Notes under the pieces: model-generated | What the model was told of the DNA's origin: nothing | Database searches by the model: none | Seen by the model: the letters and a program-made list of their open reading frames with translations, nothing else | Part shown: positions 8,601-17,413 of the stretch, one piece after another | Layout of the letters: the number at the start of each line of letters is the position of its first letter | How positions within the stretch are numbered: the stretch's first letter is position 1 | Assembly (NCBI GenBank): GCA_963976765.1 | Contig: CAXBME010000037.1 | Span: 1 to 64,000 of the forward strand | Direction of reading: 5' to 3' | DNA length: 64,000 nucleotides | Source: an uncultured Planctomycetaceae bacterium | GTDB lineage: Bacteria; Planctomycetota; Planctomycetia; Planctomycetales; Planctomycetaceae | Program-made: the position numbers and the translations under genes

Positions 8601-11407
8601 AGCGCATCCGCGTCGAAAATCCGCTGGGAGCCATTTCAACCACGATCTATAGCGTTGATCGTCGCCCCGTAGCGAAAATCGATGCGTTAGGAAACCGGTC
8701 CACCGTTGTCTATGACGCTGGTGGCATTCCAGTTGTCTCGATCGATGCACTGGGAGATCGCACCACAACCGTGTACGGAAGCAGCCGTGCGCCCGTTGCG
8801 AAAGTTAATGCGATCGGTGCCAGGAGTTCCACGTTGTACGACGCTGCTCAGCGGCCAATTGCATATGTGAATCCGCTGCAGGATCGAACGACAACTGTAT
8901 ATAGTGTGAATGGAAAATCCATCGCAACGGTAAATCCATTAGGCGAACGCACCTCGTCTGTATTCGACCAGGTCGGCCGCAAAATAGCCACCGTCAACGC
9001 GCTCGGTAGTCGGACGACAACTGTCTATGACGACGCTGGACGGCAAGCAGCGACAATCAACGCAGATGAAGACCGAGTTACGACTGTCTATGACAACAAT
9101 GGCAGGCGAGTCGCTTCAGTTAATTCGCTTAGCGAACGCAGCACTGTAGTTTACGGTGCCGGAGGGCGACGTATCGCGACGGTTAATCCTCTTGGGGACC
9201 GAGCCAGCACTGTCTACGATCCTGCGGGACGTCCAGTCGCTTCTATAAATGCCAATGGAGAACGGTCTACAAGCGTGTACGACTCTATGGGGCGGGTAAC
9301 TGCTTCAGTTAATCCATTAGGGGATCGGTGGACTCAGACGTATGATGCAGCCGGGCAGTCCATTGCGACCATTGATCCTCTTGGGGACAGAGCTACGAGA
9401 ATCTACGACCTGCAGGGCAACGGTGTGGCTGTAGTAAGCCCTCTCGGTTTCCGAACAACTTCGGTCTACGACCGCCTCAATCGAACCATTGCTGGAGTCA
9501 ACCCATCCGGAAGTCGGATGACAACCGTTTTTGACTCTGTCGGAAACGTGATCGCAACCGTGCAGCCAACAGGCAGCAGGACAACGTCTATATTCGATCT
9601 TTCAGGTCGACTAGTCAGCAACATGAATCCCCTCGGCGATCGGTTCACAACCGTCTATGACGTCGCCAGTAGGGCGATCGCCTCGATTGATCCAGCCGGA
9701 AGCCGATCGACGACAGTCTTTGACGCCGCAGGTCAGAGAGTTGCGGATGTCGATCCCGCCCTGAATCGTACATCAACAATCTACGATAATGTCGGTCGGG
9801 TAATTGCTGGTGTCGATGCACTTGCTCAGAGAACCTCTTTCGCCCACGACGCCACGGGGCGCCAGGTCCGTGTTGTGAATTCACAAGAAGCCACGACGAC
9901 GACAGTCTACGATGCCGCGGGCCAGTCAATCGTATCGATTGATGCACAGAGGAATCGCACGACCACCTCCTATGATTCAGTTGGACGTGTGACTTCCAAC
10001 GAGAACGCATTAGGTGATCGGAGCACTTTAACGTACGACGCTGCAGGCAATACTGTCGGACGGACGAATCCTGCAGGGGACCGAATGACTTTTGTGTTCG
10101 ATAGTTCCGGGAAGCAGATCGCTACAGTCGACCCGTCGGGACATCGCACTACGACTATTTATGATGCTGCAGGACAAATGATAGCGGATGTCAATCCCCT
10201 TGGGATTCGAACAACGTCTGTCTACGACGCCGATGGTCTTGTCATTTCCACAATTAACGGGCGTGGCAACCGGTCAACGACAGTCTTTGATGTTGACAGC
10301 AGGCCGGTCGCCGAAGTCAATGCATTAGGGAATCGTACTACTACAGTCTATAATGCGGCAGGCCAGCAGCGTGCATTGATAGACGCAAATTCGGGGCGGA
10401 ACACGTTCACCTACAATTCCGATGGCGTGCAGACCGAATTGATCGATCCGCTCGGGCGTCGAACAACAAGCATCTACAATGCTTTGGGGCAGCTGACGAC
10501 ACGGCTCGCCGCGAGCGGATCTCGAACGACCTACACATACGATCCCGTTTATTCAAATACTGGGCGGCACTATCCAGATGGCACGCGGGTTACTTTCGCA
10601 TACGACTCAATCGGGAATCGAACTTTGATGCACGATCCCACCGGACGGTACACCACGTCCTGGGACAGTCTTTCCAGAGAGAGACGAGTCTCGTATCCGC
10701 AAGGGTTTGTAGTTACGACGACATACGACGCGGCAAGCCAGATCAATTCTGATTTCGATTCGACCGGCCGCAGAACAACATACCAGTACGATTCACGAGG
10801 CTTAAACACTGTTGTGAATGATAGCGACCAAGGGCGAACATCAATTGCATTTGATGCCACCGGTCGCGAAGTGCTTCAGTTGTTAGCCAATGGCGCCAGA
10901 GCATCTCTGGCTTACGATGCAGCGGGTCAGGCGAGCAGTGTGTTTAATCTCAAAAGCACCGGCGATCTAATATCGAGCTTTCAGTACAAATACGACGATG
11001 CCGGTAACCGAATCGCCGTTTCAGAGTCCGGTGGAGATCGAGTGACATGGACATACGACGACACGTCTCAACTGATCAATGAACACCGCTCTGGACTTAC
11101 CGCTTATAACACAACGTTCGTTTACGATCCGCTCGGAAACCGCCTGCTGAAGAACGAAACTGGAGCCCGAACAACATCCTCTTACGATGTCGCCAATCAG
11201 CTGGAGCGAAGCGAAGATGCCTCTGGTGTCACGACCTACACCTTCGATCGTAATGGAAACCAGCATGAGTCCACTGACCCTTCCGGGGCTCGCACAACCT
11301 ACCAGTGGGACTATGAGAATCAGTTGATTCAGATTCGAAATCCCGACGCGTCGCGTGTGACAATGTCGTACAACGCCGATTTCAGACGCGTCCAGAAAAT
11401 TGAATAG
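5654..11407 (+). CDS. Rhs/YD-repeat shell protein lacking the Rhs-associated core and C-terminal payload
   Basis: Cys-rich N-terminal region, DUF6531-like VNIDSGN..YNS..GFGWS, about 45 regular 21-aa xPLGxRTTxVYDxxG repeats, YKYDDAGNR. Ends YNADFRRVQKIE* with no DPxGL. Confidence 0.93.
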   Translation: MNPDQSPPEPSEYRRHVKSSNEERRSHEETEERRQTPAGRYEKKTVTEETVESSTKRTETYETGPLDAGGQTSIPEEGPGPGNGSGAENHSKPETRPESEDGSGNFTGHESAREERRHARLIADSSLPSDWVDHAPEQIRVSISGVQPSPDEEAPDFDGDYILDLIDRRTVECRWEYTFRSRCGLYRVCVVGRGDGAGGVLLRTRLEGSVPGPEWTCGMLGEFVGANVQVFDRNVAGNPCASCRWPEQVYISPLYSVPFSDLERRSEFEASRSAGFPLMGIASMADSAPPPPAPVTYYSSGGGGTGCTPGSSINSDGTCKPYEGGDLCCCKKNECGCTDEEGPLCPGDTPGTLGYKGCRCACDEHVVDPDGVPMDDGCSCTYSCPTGDEYSEGTCPEEEEEEEGGGDGGGCCSGKSTCDCAKPTLASFSTAGPAKVNIDSGNIMLSVKTVEGDPLSPSVGLSYNSLSTASSAAGFGWSGQWSQEVFELDDSTVDVLKGPGQVLRYTDRDPATGLYQPPAGVQNGLTRNSDGTWTETQKNGYELRYDSDGLLHQFVSPNSIRWTLTHDLDGNVRTIESPEGGSGLSEAASPASHLTTFSYDAGGMLRRATDTASRITTFVVDDSGDLVRTVCPELCVAEYRYDTLHRMTAAVNAENERTSYVYDSSDRLKAFVLPDGARTTYSYGNGSRSVVDPGGNESKVVLNGEGNVLSVLNPLGERTTTLWDRNQKRATIDALGNRTSYLYHESANGSRPLRVTIDALGSRSTYVYDSQDRVAAKIDKRGYRTTLVWDGNGNRIGTINAEGNRSSYVYDSSGELTAYVDELGNRTSYVYDASGATIASVDPAGNRTTYVKNSAGQTTATINPVGQRTTYVKDLMNRLTATVNALGERTSYLYDLMGRREATVTPMGSRTSLLYNSRNQLKAQIASDGTRTSYVYDLRGHRIATENAAGARTTNIIDPAGRVQATIDAEGDRTTFTYAANGQRIRVENPLGAISTTIYSVDRRPVAKIDALGNRSTVVYDAGGIPVVSIDALGDRTTTVYGSSRAPVAKVNAIGARSSTLYDAAQRPIAYVNPLQDRTTTVYSVNGKSIATVNPLGERTSSVFDQVGRKIATVNALGSRTTTVYDDAGRQAATINADEDRVTTVYDNNGRRVASVNSLSERSTVVYGAGGRRIATVNPLGDRASTVYDPAGRPVASINANGERSTSVYDSMGRVTASVNPLGDRWTQTYDAAGQSIATIDPLGDRATRIYDLQGNGVAVVSPLGFRTTSVYDRLNRTIAGVNPSGSRMTTVFDSVGNVIATVQPTGSRTTSIFDLSGRLVSNMNPLGDRFTTVYDVASRAIASIDPAGSRSTTVFDAAGQRVADVDPALNRTSTIYDNVGRVIAGVDALAQRTSFAHDATGRQVRVVNSQEATTTTVYDAAGQSIVSIDAQRNRTTTSYDSVGRVTSNENALGDRSTLTYDAAGNTVGRTNPAGDRMTFVFDSSGKQIATVDPSGHRTTTIYDAAGQMIADVNPLGIRTTSVYDADGLVISTINGRGNRSTTVFDVDSRPVAEVNALGNRTTTVYNAAGQQRALIDANSGRNTFTYNSDGVQTELIDPLGRRTTSIYNALGQLTTRLAASGSRTTYTYDPVYSNTGRHYPDGTRVTFAYDSIGNRTLMHDPTGRYTTSWDSLSRERRVSYPQGFVVTTTYDAASQINSDFDSTGRRTTYQYDSRGLNTVVNDSDQGRTSIAFDATGREVLQLLANGARASLAYDAAGQASSVFNLKSTGDLISSFQYKYDDAGNRIAVSESGGDRVTWTYDDTSQLINEHRSGLTAYNTTFVYDPLGNRLLKNETGARTTSSYDVANQLERSEDASGVTTYTFDRNGNQHESTDPSGARTTYQWDYENQLIQIRNPDASRVTMSYNADFRRVQKIE

Positions 11408-11417
11408 AGATTGATGC

Positions 11418-12590
11418 ATGGTTTCCACGACTGACTACATCTGGCATCGGGACGCAGTTCGTGTTGAATTTGACGACATTGGAATTGTCAAAGCATCCTA
11501 CACGCGACAGCCTGACGGATTTAGTCGTATCATAAGTCAGGATCGAGGCGGCCAAAAACGTTTTCACAGTTTTGACGCTCTTGGCTCAACGTCAGAATTG
11601 ACTGATACTTCCTCATCGGCGACTGACACATTCCGTTACTCCGCATTCGGGAATGAGGTTGAACGAACTGGTGAGACAGTAACTCCACACACATGGATTG
11701 GGAGGGCAGGTTATCAGAAGGATGGCTTGGATCGATTCTATGTACGTCGAAGATATTTTTATGTTGACCAATCTTCATGGTTATCTGTTGATCCTTTGCA
11801 AGCTGCGAGTCGACCACTTAGCCCTTACGCATATTCGCGTAATTCGCCCGTTGACCGTATTGACCCTTCTGGGCTAGCGTGTTTCACTGCGGGACAAGAA
11901 CTGGCAGACAGCGCCCTGCCGCCGGAGCCATTCACGCATACTGTCTGCTACAATTCTGCAGACATTGCAGCGTGCGACTCTGGAATCCGACTTGGGACAT
12001 TGGTTGCGCGTAGTACATCTCCCTGTGCCGCGCAATTACTATATAACTTTTTGAGGCAGCCACCGATTGACCCATTCTGCCCAACACAGTGCTTGGTCCA
12101 GTTGGATCGCTCGTGTTTCATTCGTTCGTTCAAGATCGACGATGCGTTAGATAAGCAACTGAAGTGTTGTGGAGAAGGCAGTCTTGAGCCGATTGTTCTT
12201 CACTACGGCGGTCCCGGAAAGGACCCTTTCAAGAACCCTCCCTCGGGCTGTGAATCCATCGATAAGGATGACTTGTCCATTGCGATTGGTGCTGTAGACC
12301 AGTCCACTATGACAGTCAAAGGGTCTTGGAAGTGTGAATCATCAAAACCCGGTGAATGTTGTCTCTGCGCTGTAGACTACACAACTAAGCTCGAAATTAA
12401 GGACAAATACGACTTTGTCAGCACACTGCCGAAATCTGAAGCGACACGGTACACCCCATTTTTCTGCGCTGCCATTCTGGAGCACGCCGGGATTGGGACT
12501 CCATATACAACCAGCTGTGTCGTAAAAAACACGGAAAGGTATTCTTCCCAACTTACAACCGCATCCGTTATCAAGTGTCCAGACAAATGA
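11418..12590 (+). CDS. Rhs-associated core plus payload, cartridge 1 (Cys-rich, possibly colicin M-like fold)
   Basis: DYIWHRD, DALGST, YSAFG, WLSVDP..YAYSRNSP..DPSGL (11862-11876); 17 Cys in the payload; DKYDF motif. Confidence 0.88.
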   Translation: MVSTTDYIWHRDAVRVEFDDIGIVKASYTRQPDGFSRIISQDRGGQKRFHSFDALGSTSELTDTSSSATDTFRYSAFGNEVERTGETVTPHTWIGRAGYQKDGLDRFYVRRRYFYVDQSSWLSVDPLQAASRPLSPYAYSRNSPVDRIDPSGLACFTAGQELADSALPPEPFTHTVCYNSADIAACDSGIRLGTLVARSTSPCAAQLLYNFLRQPPIDPFCPTQCLVQLDRSCFIRSFKIDDALDKQLKCCGEGSLEPIVLHYGGPGKDPFKNPPSGCESIDKDDLSIAIGAVDQSTMTVKGSWKCESSKPGECCLCAVDYTTKLEIKDKYDFVSTLPKSEATRYTPFFCAAILEHAGIGTPYTTSCVVKNTERYSSQLTTASVIKCPDK

Positions 12591-12794
12591 TGATCACCAA
12601 AAGACTTCACCCCGATAGTAGGAGCCATCGACCACTAAATGCCTGCGGAATAATTTGGATCGAATCTTTCGGATGCGACAGGAATGGATTGGGGCAGTTC
12701 ATCTGTGAGACGACGATATTTACGTTAATCGAGGAAGGCTTAATTTTTTCGAGGACCGCGAAACTGAGTATGCTTCAAGCAATGAGAACGCGAC

Positions 12795-13100
12795 ATGCTT
12801 CTTTTGTGTGGGCAGATTATGACAAGAAGAGCGTGGCGAGGATTCGGAGTGCCTTCGGGGCTTCTATGCATCAGTTTCATGGTGCAGATAGTGTGCTTGT
12901 TGATCGTTGCTCGATCTGGTGACTCTTCTGGCTGGCCGGGGTTCATCGTGGCAGCGCATTTCGTATTTCCTTTCATTGCATTTACTTTTGGATGCATCGC
13001 AGCAGTTGAAGGCGCATGGGACTATGTCCTGATCGCTGCTGGGCTGTTTTGCGGTGGATGTGCGGTGCAGGTGGTCTGGGTGTGGATGTGGCTGCGCTAA
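12795..13100 (+). CDS. Small multi-pass membrane protein, candidate partner/immunity of cartridge 1
   Basis: About 3 hydrophobic segments; sits between cartridges 1 and 2; start uncertain. Confidence 0.5.
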   Translation: MLLLCGQIMTRRAWRGFGVPSGLLCISFMVQIVCLLIVARSGDSSGWPGFIVAAHFVFPFIAFTFGCIAAVEGAWDYVLIAAGLFCGGCAVQVVWVWMWLR

Positions 13101-13206
13101 TAGAAGGGCCTGCAAGATATGGTGCGGGATGATGCAGGAACAATTCCTGGCTTGGTGCCTTTGGGTTCGTTGAACTAGTCAATTGCGTTGGGTCGGAGTC
13201 TCAATC

Positions 13207-14328
13207 ATGTCAGTCACAAACTATATTTGGCATAGAGATTCAGTGAGACAGGAAGCCGACAGTGTCGGTAGTGCCACTGTCCACTTCAATCGTCGACCGC
13301 ACGACATTGACAATTTGATAAGCGAGCAGCGAGCTAAAAGTATTCGAATACATACTTATGACGGACTTGGATCAACCGCTGAGTTGACTGACGCTACCGA
13401 GACGGTCACTGATGTATTCAGGTACTCGGCATTCGGTCGAGAAATAAAGAGGAGTGGCACTACACCAACGCAATACAAATGGGTTGGGCGTTCGGGATAC
13501 CAGGCGGAGCGTCACGGGGTGTATTGTATTCGGCAGCGACATTACTCTTCTGCGATGGTACGTTGGCTAAGCCCGGATCCTATTTTCAGTAGCAACCTAT
13601 ATCAATACGCTGACAATAATCCCATCATTGCGATTGACCCGAGCGGGCTTCTCGCGGCCTGGCCAATCAGCGTTAATATGGTCGATGAAGGTCAGCGGGA
13701 CAAAACTGGCAGCTGTCCTCAGTGGCATTCCAAACTCAAAACTAAGGTTACTGTCCCGGCATCGGACGTTAAGAAATTAGGATTAAAGTCACCTTTCAGC
13801 CTGTATGTGTTCCAACAGTTTACATTCGTTTGCAGCGCACAGGAATGCAGAGGCTGTGATTGTGAATGCGGTGGCGACGCCAAGAAGTCGACTACGACAG
13901 TCTGGGAACTGCTGGGCGGAAAGGCTAAAACGACTAAAGCTAACCCTGACGGTAGCCTCGATTACGCAATGACTGACGGCCACGGTACATTTAAACATGG
14001 TCTGCCGGATCCAATATCAATTCCAGAAGCGTGCGAAGATCGCGTGTGCAATGAGTTTTCAGTCAGCGTCCACATGCGGTTCTTTCTGTCTCTCCCAGCA
14101 GGGGCTAAAGCCACTTGGTCCAATGCTAATGTTCCGGTTGACAACGGATGCCTGACGACGTTGTCAGGGCACATTTCGGATTCGGAACCAAAGTGGTGGC
14201 CCAAAGGAAAGTCGACACCGTGGTCGTGGATTCACTATTCATACTCAATGACGAATCAGTGCTGCAGCGATGCTGAAATGACAATTACTCCGTTGACCGT
14301 CAGCAAATCCAAGCCAAAAATCGAATAA
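13207..14328 (+). CDS. Rhs-associated core plus payload, cartridge 2
   Basis: GGAG then ATG 13207; NYIWHRDSVR; RWLSPDP..YQYADNNP..DPSGL (13636-13650); 11 Cys in the payload. Confidence 0.88.
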   Translation: MSVTNYIWHRDSVRQEADSVGSATVHFNRRPHDIDNLISEQRAKSIRIHTYDGLGSTAELTDATETVTDVFRYSAFGREIKRSGTTPTQYKWVGRSGYQAERHGVYCIRQRHYSSAMVRWLSPDPIFSSNLYQYADNNPIIAIDPSGLLAAWPISVNMVDEGQRDKTGSCPQWHSKLKTKVTVPASDVKKLGLKSPFSLYVFQQFTFVCSAQECRGCDCECGGDAKKSTTTVWELLGGKAKTTKANPDGSLDYAMTDGHGTFKHGLPDPISIPEACEDRVCNEFSVSVHMRFFLSLPAGAKATWSNANVPVDNGCLTTLSGHISDSEPKWWPKGKSTPWSWIHYSYSMTNQCCSDAEMTITPLTVSKSKPKIE

Positions 14329-15473
14329 TGACACTGGGTAAGAACCAAATTCGCCTTGCGGTACAAGGTCTTATTGCTTTTGTACTTATTGCAATACTGC
14401 TCATAATTGCTAAGTTTCATCAGGCAGAGACGTATCTTCTTGGTGTGGGGTTTACTTTGTCCTGCCAGGAGTGCAACTTATTCCATCCAGTTGGTTGCCA
14501 GCGAACCCTGAGAGTTCAAGAAGGCACTGCAGAACTGAATGTAGATGGGCGGCGATTCGCAGGTGCAGCAGCATATCTGAACGTGGGAACTATGCGACTA
14601 GGCAATGAGCATCCGATCTCTATTAGCAACGAACTTTTCACGCACATGCATATCATACCCCTTCACACTTTAGATCTCTCCGGAACGTATTGTGACGATT
14701 CTGATTTGCAAACGCTACGTGGCATGCTGTCTCTACGGAATCTTACACTTGGAGCATCGTACCCTTCAGATGACAAGGGGCGAAACCGGATCCGATTTAA
14801 CGCAAGCCGGATCACGGACAATGGCCTTGCAGCGATAGTCCGTCATAGATCAGTCGAAACATTGAGTCTGCGCGACCTTGAGATCACCGATAAAGGGATC
14901 CGGAGTATTGCAGGTATGGCGATTCGCAATTGGAACGTATCTGGCACGCTCGTGACAGATGACACAAGCAGGCTCCTTGCTGACAATAGATATCTGTCCC
15001 GAATTGTCTTTAGCGAGGCTGTTCCATCGTTAGTGGTATCCAGCTGTGACCCGCGTAGCTTCAGCAGTACAATGGTTTCCGTTGCCGGCTACGGACGGCT
15101 GCAGAAGCGCAGGCCTGGTGTCCATATCGAGTATCCTGTCCTGGCGATGACTGTGGTACCTCCGCTTCCAGTGATTCAAGATGGTGTGATAGCCCGAACG
15201 GCATCTGACGATGTGATCGACGAACTATCCCCAAGTGAACGGATCAGCCTTGATTCCGTACTGCGTGATGCGATGTGGAAGAAAGTTACGGGCCAGCTCG
15301 CACGATCCCACGACAAGCCTTTCATTGAAATACGAGAAAATATGGATGCGTGGCGAATGTATCGCTATAATGAGAGCCTATTGGTACTTGCTTGGAATAG
15401 CTGCTATTGGGCGGCGAGAATCGGTGCAGAGGGAGTGTCCACTGCCGATCACGCATTTGGCGAAATGCATTGA
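14328..15473 (+). CDS. Membrane-anchored leucine-rich-repeat protein, partner of cartridge 2
   Basis: TAATG coupling to cartridge 2; N-terminal TM helix; LHTLDLSGT, ITDNGLAAI, VETLSLRDLEITDKGI, NVSGTLVTD LRR units. Confidence 0.75.
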   Translation: MTLGKNQIRLAVQGLIAFVLIAILLIIAKFHQAETYLLGVGFTLSCQECNLFHPVGCQRTLRVQEGTAELNVDGRRFAGAAAYLNVGTMRLGNEHPISISNELFTHMHIIPLHTLDLSGTYCDDSDLQTLRGMLSLRNLTLGASYPSDDKGRNRIRFNASRITDNGLAAIVRHRSVETLSLRDLEITDKGIRSIAGMAIRNWNVSGTLVTDDTSRLLADNRYLSRIVFSEAVPSLVVSSCDPRSFSSTMVSVAGYGRLQKRRPGVHIEYPVLAMTVVPPLPVIQDGVIARTASDDVIDELSPSERISLDSVLRDAMWKKVTGQLARSHDKPFIEIRENMDAWRMYRYNESLLVLAWNSCYWAARIGAEGVSTADHAFGEMH

Positions 15474-15817
15474 CAGCGACTATGCCAAACGGACTGCAAC
15501 TCATGGTTTCGAACGTGCCTCGTGAGGTTTTGCCGTTTGTCGTGTGTAAGCGCGATCGACGGTATGATTTATTGGCGCATGGCTCTTCAGGGGATGCGTC
15601 AATCTGTTATTGGCGAGTCGTTCTGGGAGAGATTGCCTTTGCCTGCTCTACAACTTGTAAACGAGCGTCCGATGCTACAACGATTGGGCTTTGTAACGTG
15701 GATGCGGCGAAATTCGGATCACTGCCCGCAAGATGCTCGTTGGCGTTTTCCATGGGTCAGAATTCAGCATTTGGATCGGCGTTTTTTTCACCTGTATGAC
15801 TGAGGTTGCAGTAATGG

Positions 15818-15878
15818 CGTCGTCGATGAGTCGTAGTCAGTTTCGTCGTCGATGAGTCGTAGTCAGTTTCGTCGATGA
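15818..15878. repeat. 26-bp tandem duplication (2 exact copies plus a partial third)
   Basis: cgtcgtcgatgagtcgtagtcagttt at 15818-15843 and 15844-15869, then cgtcgatga. Confidence 0.9.
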
Positions 15879-16177
15879 TTGATTGCAGTCGAGTGATGTC
15901 AGTTTGTTTCGGGGCTTGGTTTCGAATTGACGGCCGGTTTCTGAGGGGCGCCACCGCAAGATCGAGAATTTCCTCTCGGTGTTACTGAATCGCTCTTTAA
16001 ATGTCAGGTAATACGTGTAAACAAATGCGAGCACGCGCTACGCAATAAGTGATTAGATTAAGAGTGGTTCACCTTGGAATGCCCGCTGGTTTTCTGCATT
16101 CACCTCAGTATTGAGATGGCAACGGCACATCACGGAGCAGTGGCACGTTGTGCAGCTATAATGTAAGGGAGGCGAAG

Positions 16178-17281
16178 GTGGCAACTACAAACTATGTCTG
16201 GCATCGCGATTCAGTGCGCAGCGAAATTGACGGCTCAACCGCAGTCACTGCAAGCTTTCTGCGTCGCGCAGACCGGAATGGCAAACTGATCGGCGAATAT
16301 CGAGATGGCAATTCGTATGTGAATTGTTTTGACGCACTCGGCTCTACGACTGAGCGTATTGACGCAGAAGAGTCGGTTACGGATAAGTTTCGATACACAG
16401 CATTTGGCATCCAGACACTGGCCGCTGATTCGGCGATTCACACATGGGTTGGCCGATTTGGGTACCAGAAAGATACTTCCAATCGGTTCTATGTCAGGCG
16501 GCGCTACTATGCAGCTGACATGGGAAGGTGGTATTCGCAGGATCCAGTAGGATTTATTGACGGCGCGAATCGATATGGGTATGTCAAGAATGGCCCGTTA
16601 ACTCGAATTGATCCGAGCGGCCTCTTTGAGGTTGAAGAATTCACAATTCCGCCGCCCCCCCCGAATCCTGTCAGGCCACCGGCGCTGCCAATTCCTCTGG
16701 CTGACCCATTGATTCCAGTGCCTCCGTGCGGATGCAAGGTGAAAGATTTCGACTACGGCTTCGTTGGGGCCTGCGGAATTCACGCTCCATTCGGTGGGCA
16801 AGACCGATTCGGGCGAGTAATCAGCGGAAAGGTCAGTTTCGAGGCGCCGAACTGTGATTGCTGCGAATTTAGGCAATGGGTAATGAACTATAATCGATAT
16901 CAGCTTCTGCCAGGCGGCGCAGTGGATCAGATTGTGGGTGCTTTTCCTTATGGGGTGATTCGTGAGGATGTGGATTCGTTGGGGCAACCTTACTACGGCC
17001 ATCGCGATAACGACTCCAATGAGAACAGCAGCGGGTACGACGCCGATGGGTGCGGGTTTGAGATGTCAGATTATCCTGGAATTCGACTTAGCGCCATCGA
17101 GCGGAATGTGAACGCGTTGCCTGGCGGTTTTACTGGACTTCGCATAATTGTGCACACGGTGTTTTGGGGCTTTGTGGTTGATACCTGCAATTTTGATGTT
17201 GCGACCGGAGAACCACGAGTCGTTGCTTCGAAATCGATTTCACTTCGCTGTCGAAAGACCTTTACTGCCGCAGATTTCTGA
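16178..17281 (+). CDS. Rhs-associated core plus payload, cartridge 3
   Basis: AGGGAGG then GTG 16178; NYVWHRDSVR; GRWYSQDPVG..YGYVKNGP..DPSGL (16610-16624); Pro-rich linker; 9 Cys in the payload. Confidence 0.88.
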   Translation: MATTNYVWHRDSVRSEIDGSTAVTASFLRRADRNGKLIGEYRDGNSYVNCFDALGSTTERIDAEESVTDKFRYTAFGIQTLAADSAIHTWVGRFGYQKDTSNRFYVRRRYYAADMGRWYSQDPVGFIDGANRYGYVKNGPLTRIDPSGLFEVEEFTIPPPPPNPVRPPALPIPLADPLIPVPPCGCKVKDFDYGFVGACGIHAPFGGQDRFGRVISGKVSFEAPNCDCCEFRQWVMNYNRYQLLPGGAVDQIVGAFPYGVIREDVDSLGQPYYGHRDNDSNENSSGYDADGCGFEMSDYPGIRLSAIERNVNALPGGFTGLRIIVHTVFWGFVVDTCNFDVATGEPRVVASKSISLRCRKTFTAADF

Positions 17282-17413
17282 CTATGCCGTCGGTATATGA
17301 CCTTAGATTAATTCTGAATCGTCGTCGGGAACGCTTTCGCATTTTTGTTGGCAGCATCTTTCTGAGGAGCTGCTCCAACTAATAGCGTAACCTGCACGCA
17401 AGGGCGAACCGAA

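Noticed and set aside
11400..11420. Stop-codon readthrough joining the shell and cartridge 1
   Set aside because: The two ORFs are in different frames with a 10-nt gap, and the other three cartridges have their own starts at the same residue.
12575..12922. Alternative 115-aa ORF after cartridge 1
   Set aside because: It overlaps the more protein-like hydrophobic ORF at 12795 and has no motif; it cannot be fully excluded.
15818..15878. CRISPR array
   Set aside because: The repeats are directly adjacent with no spacers, and no cas genes are present.
16157..16162. TATAAT as a sigma70 promoter for cartridge 3
   Set aside because: No -35 or extended -10, and the implied start site would cut into the SD sequence.
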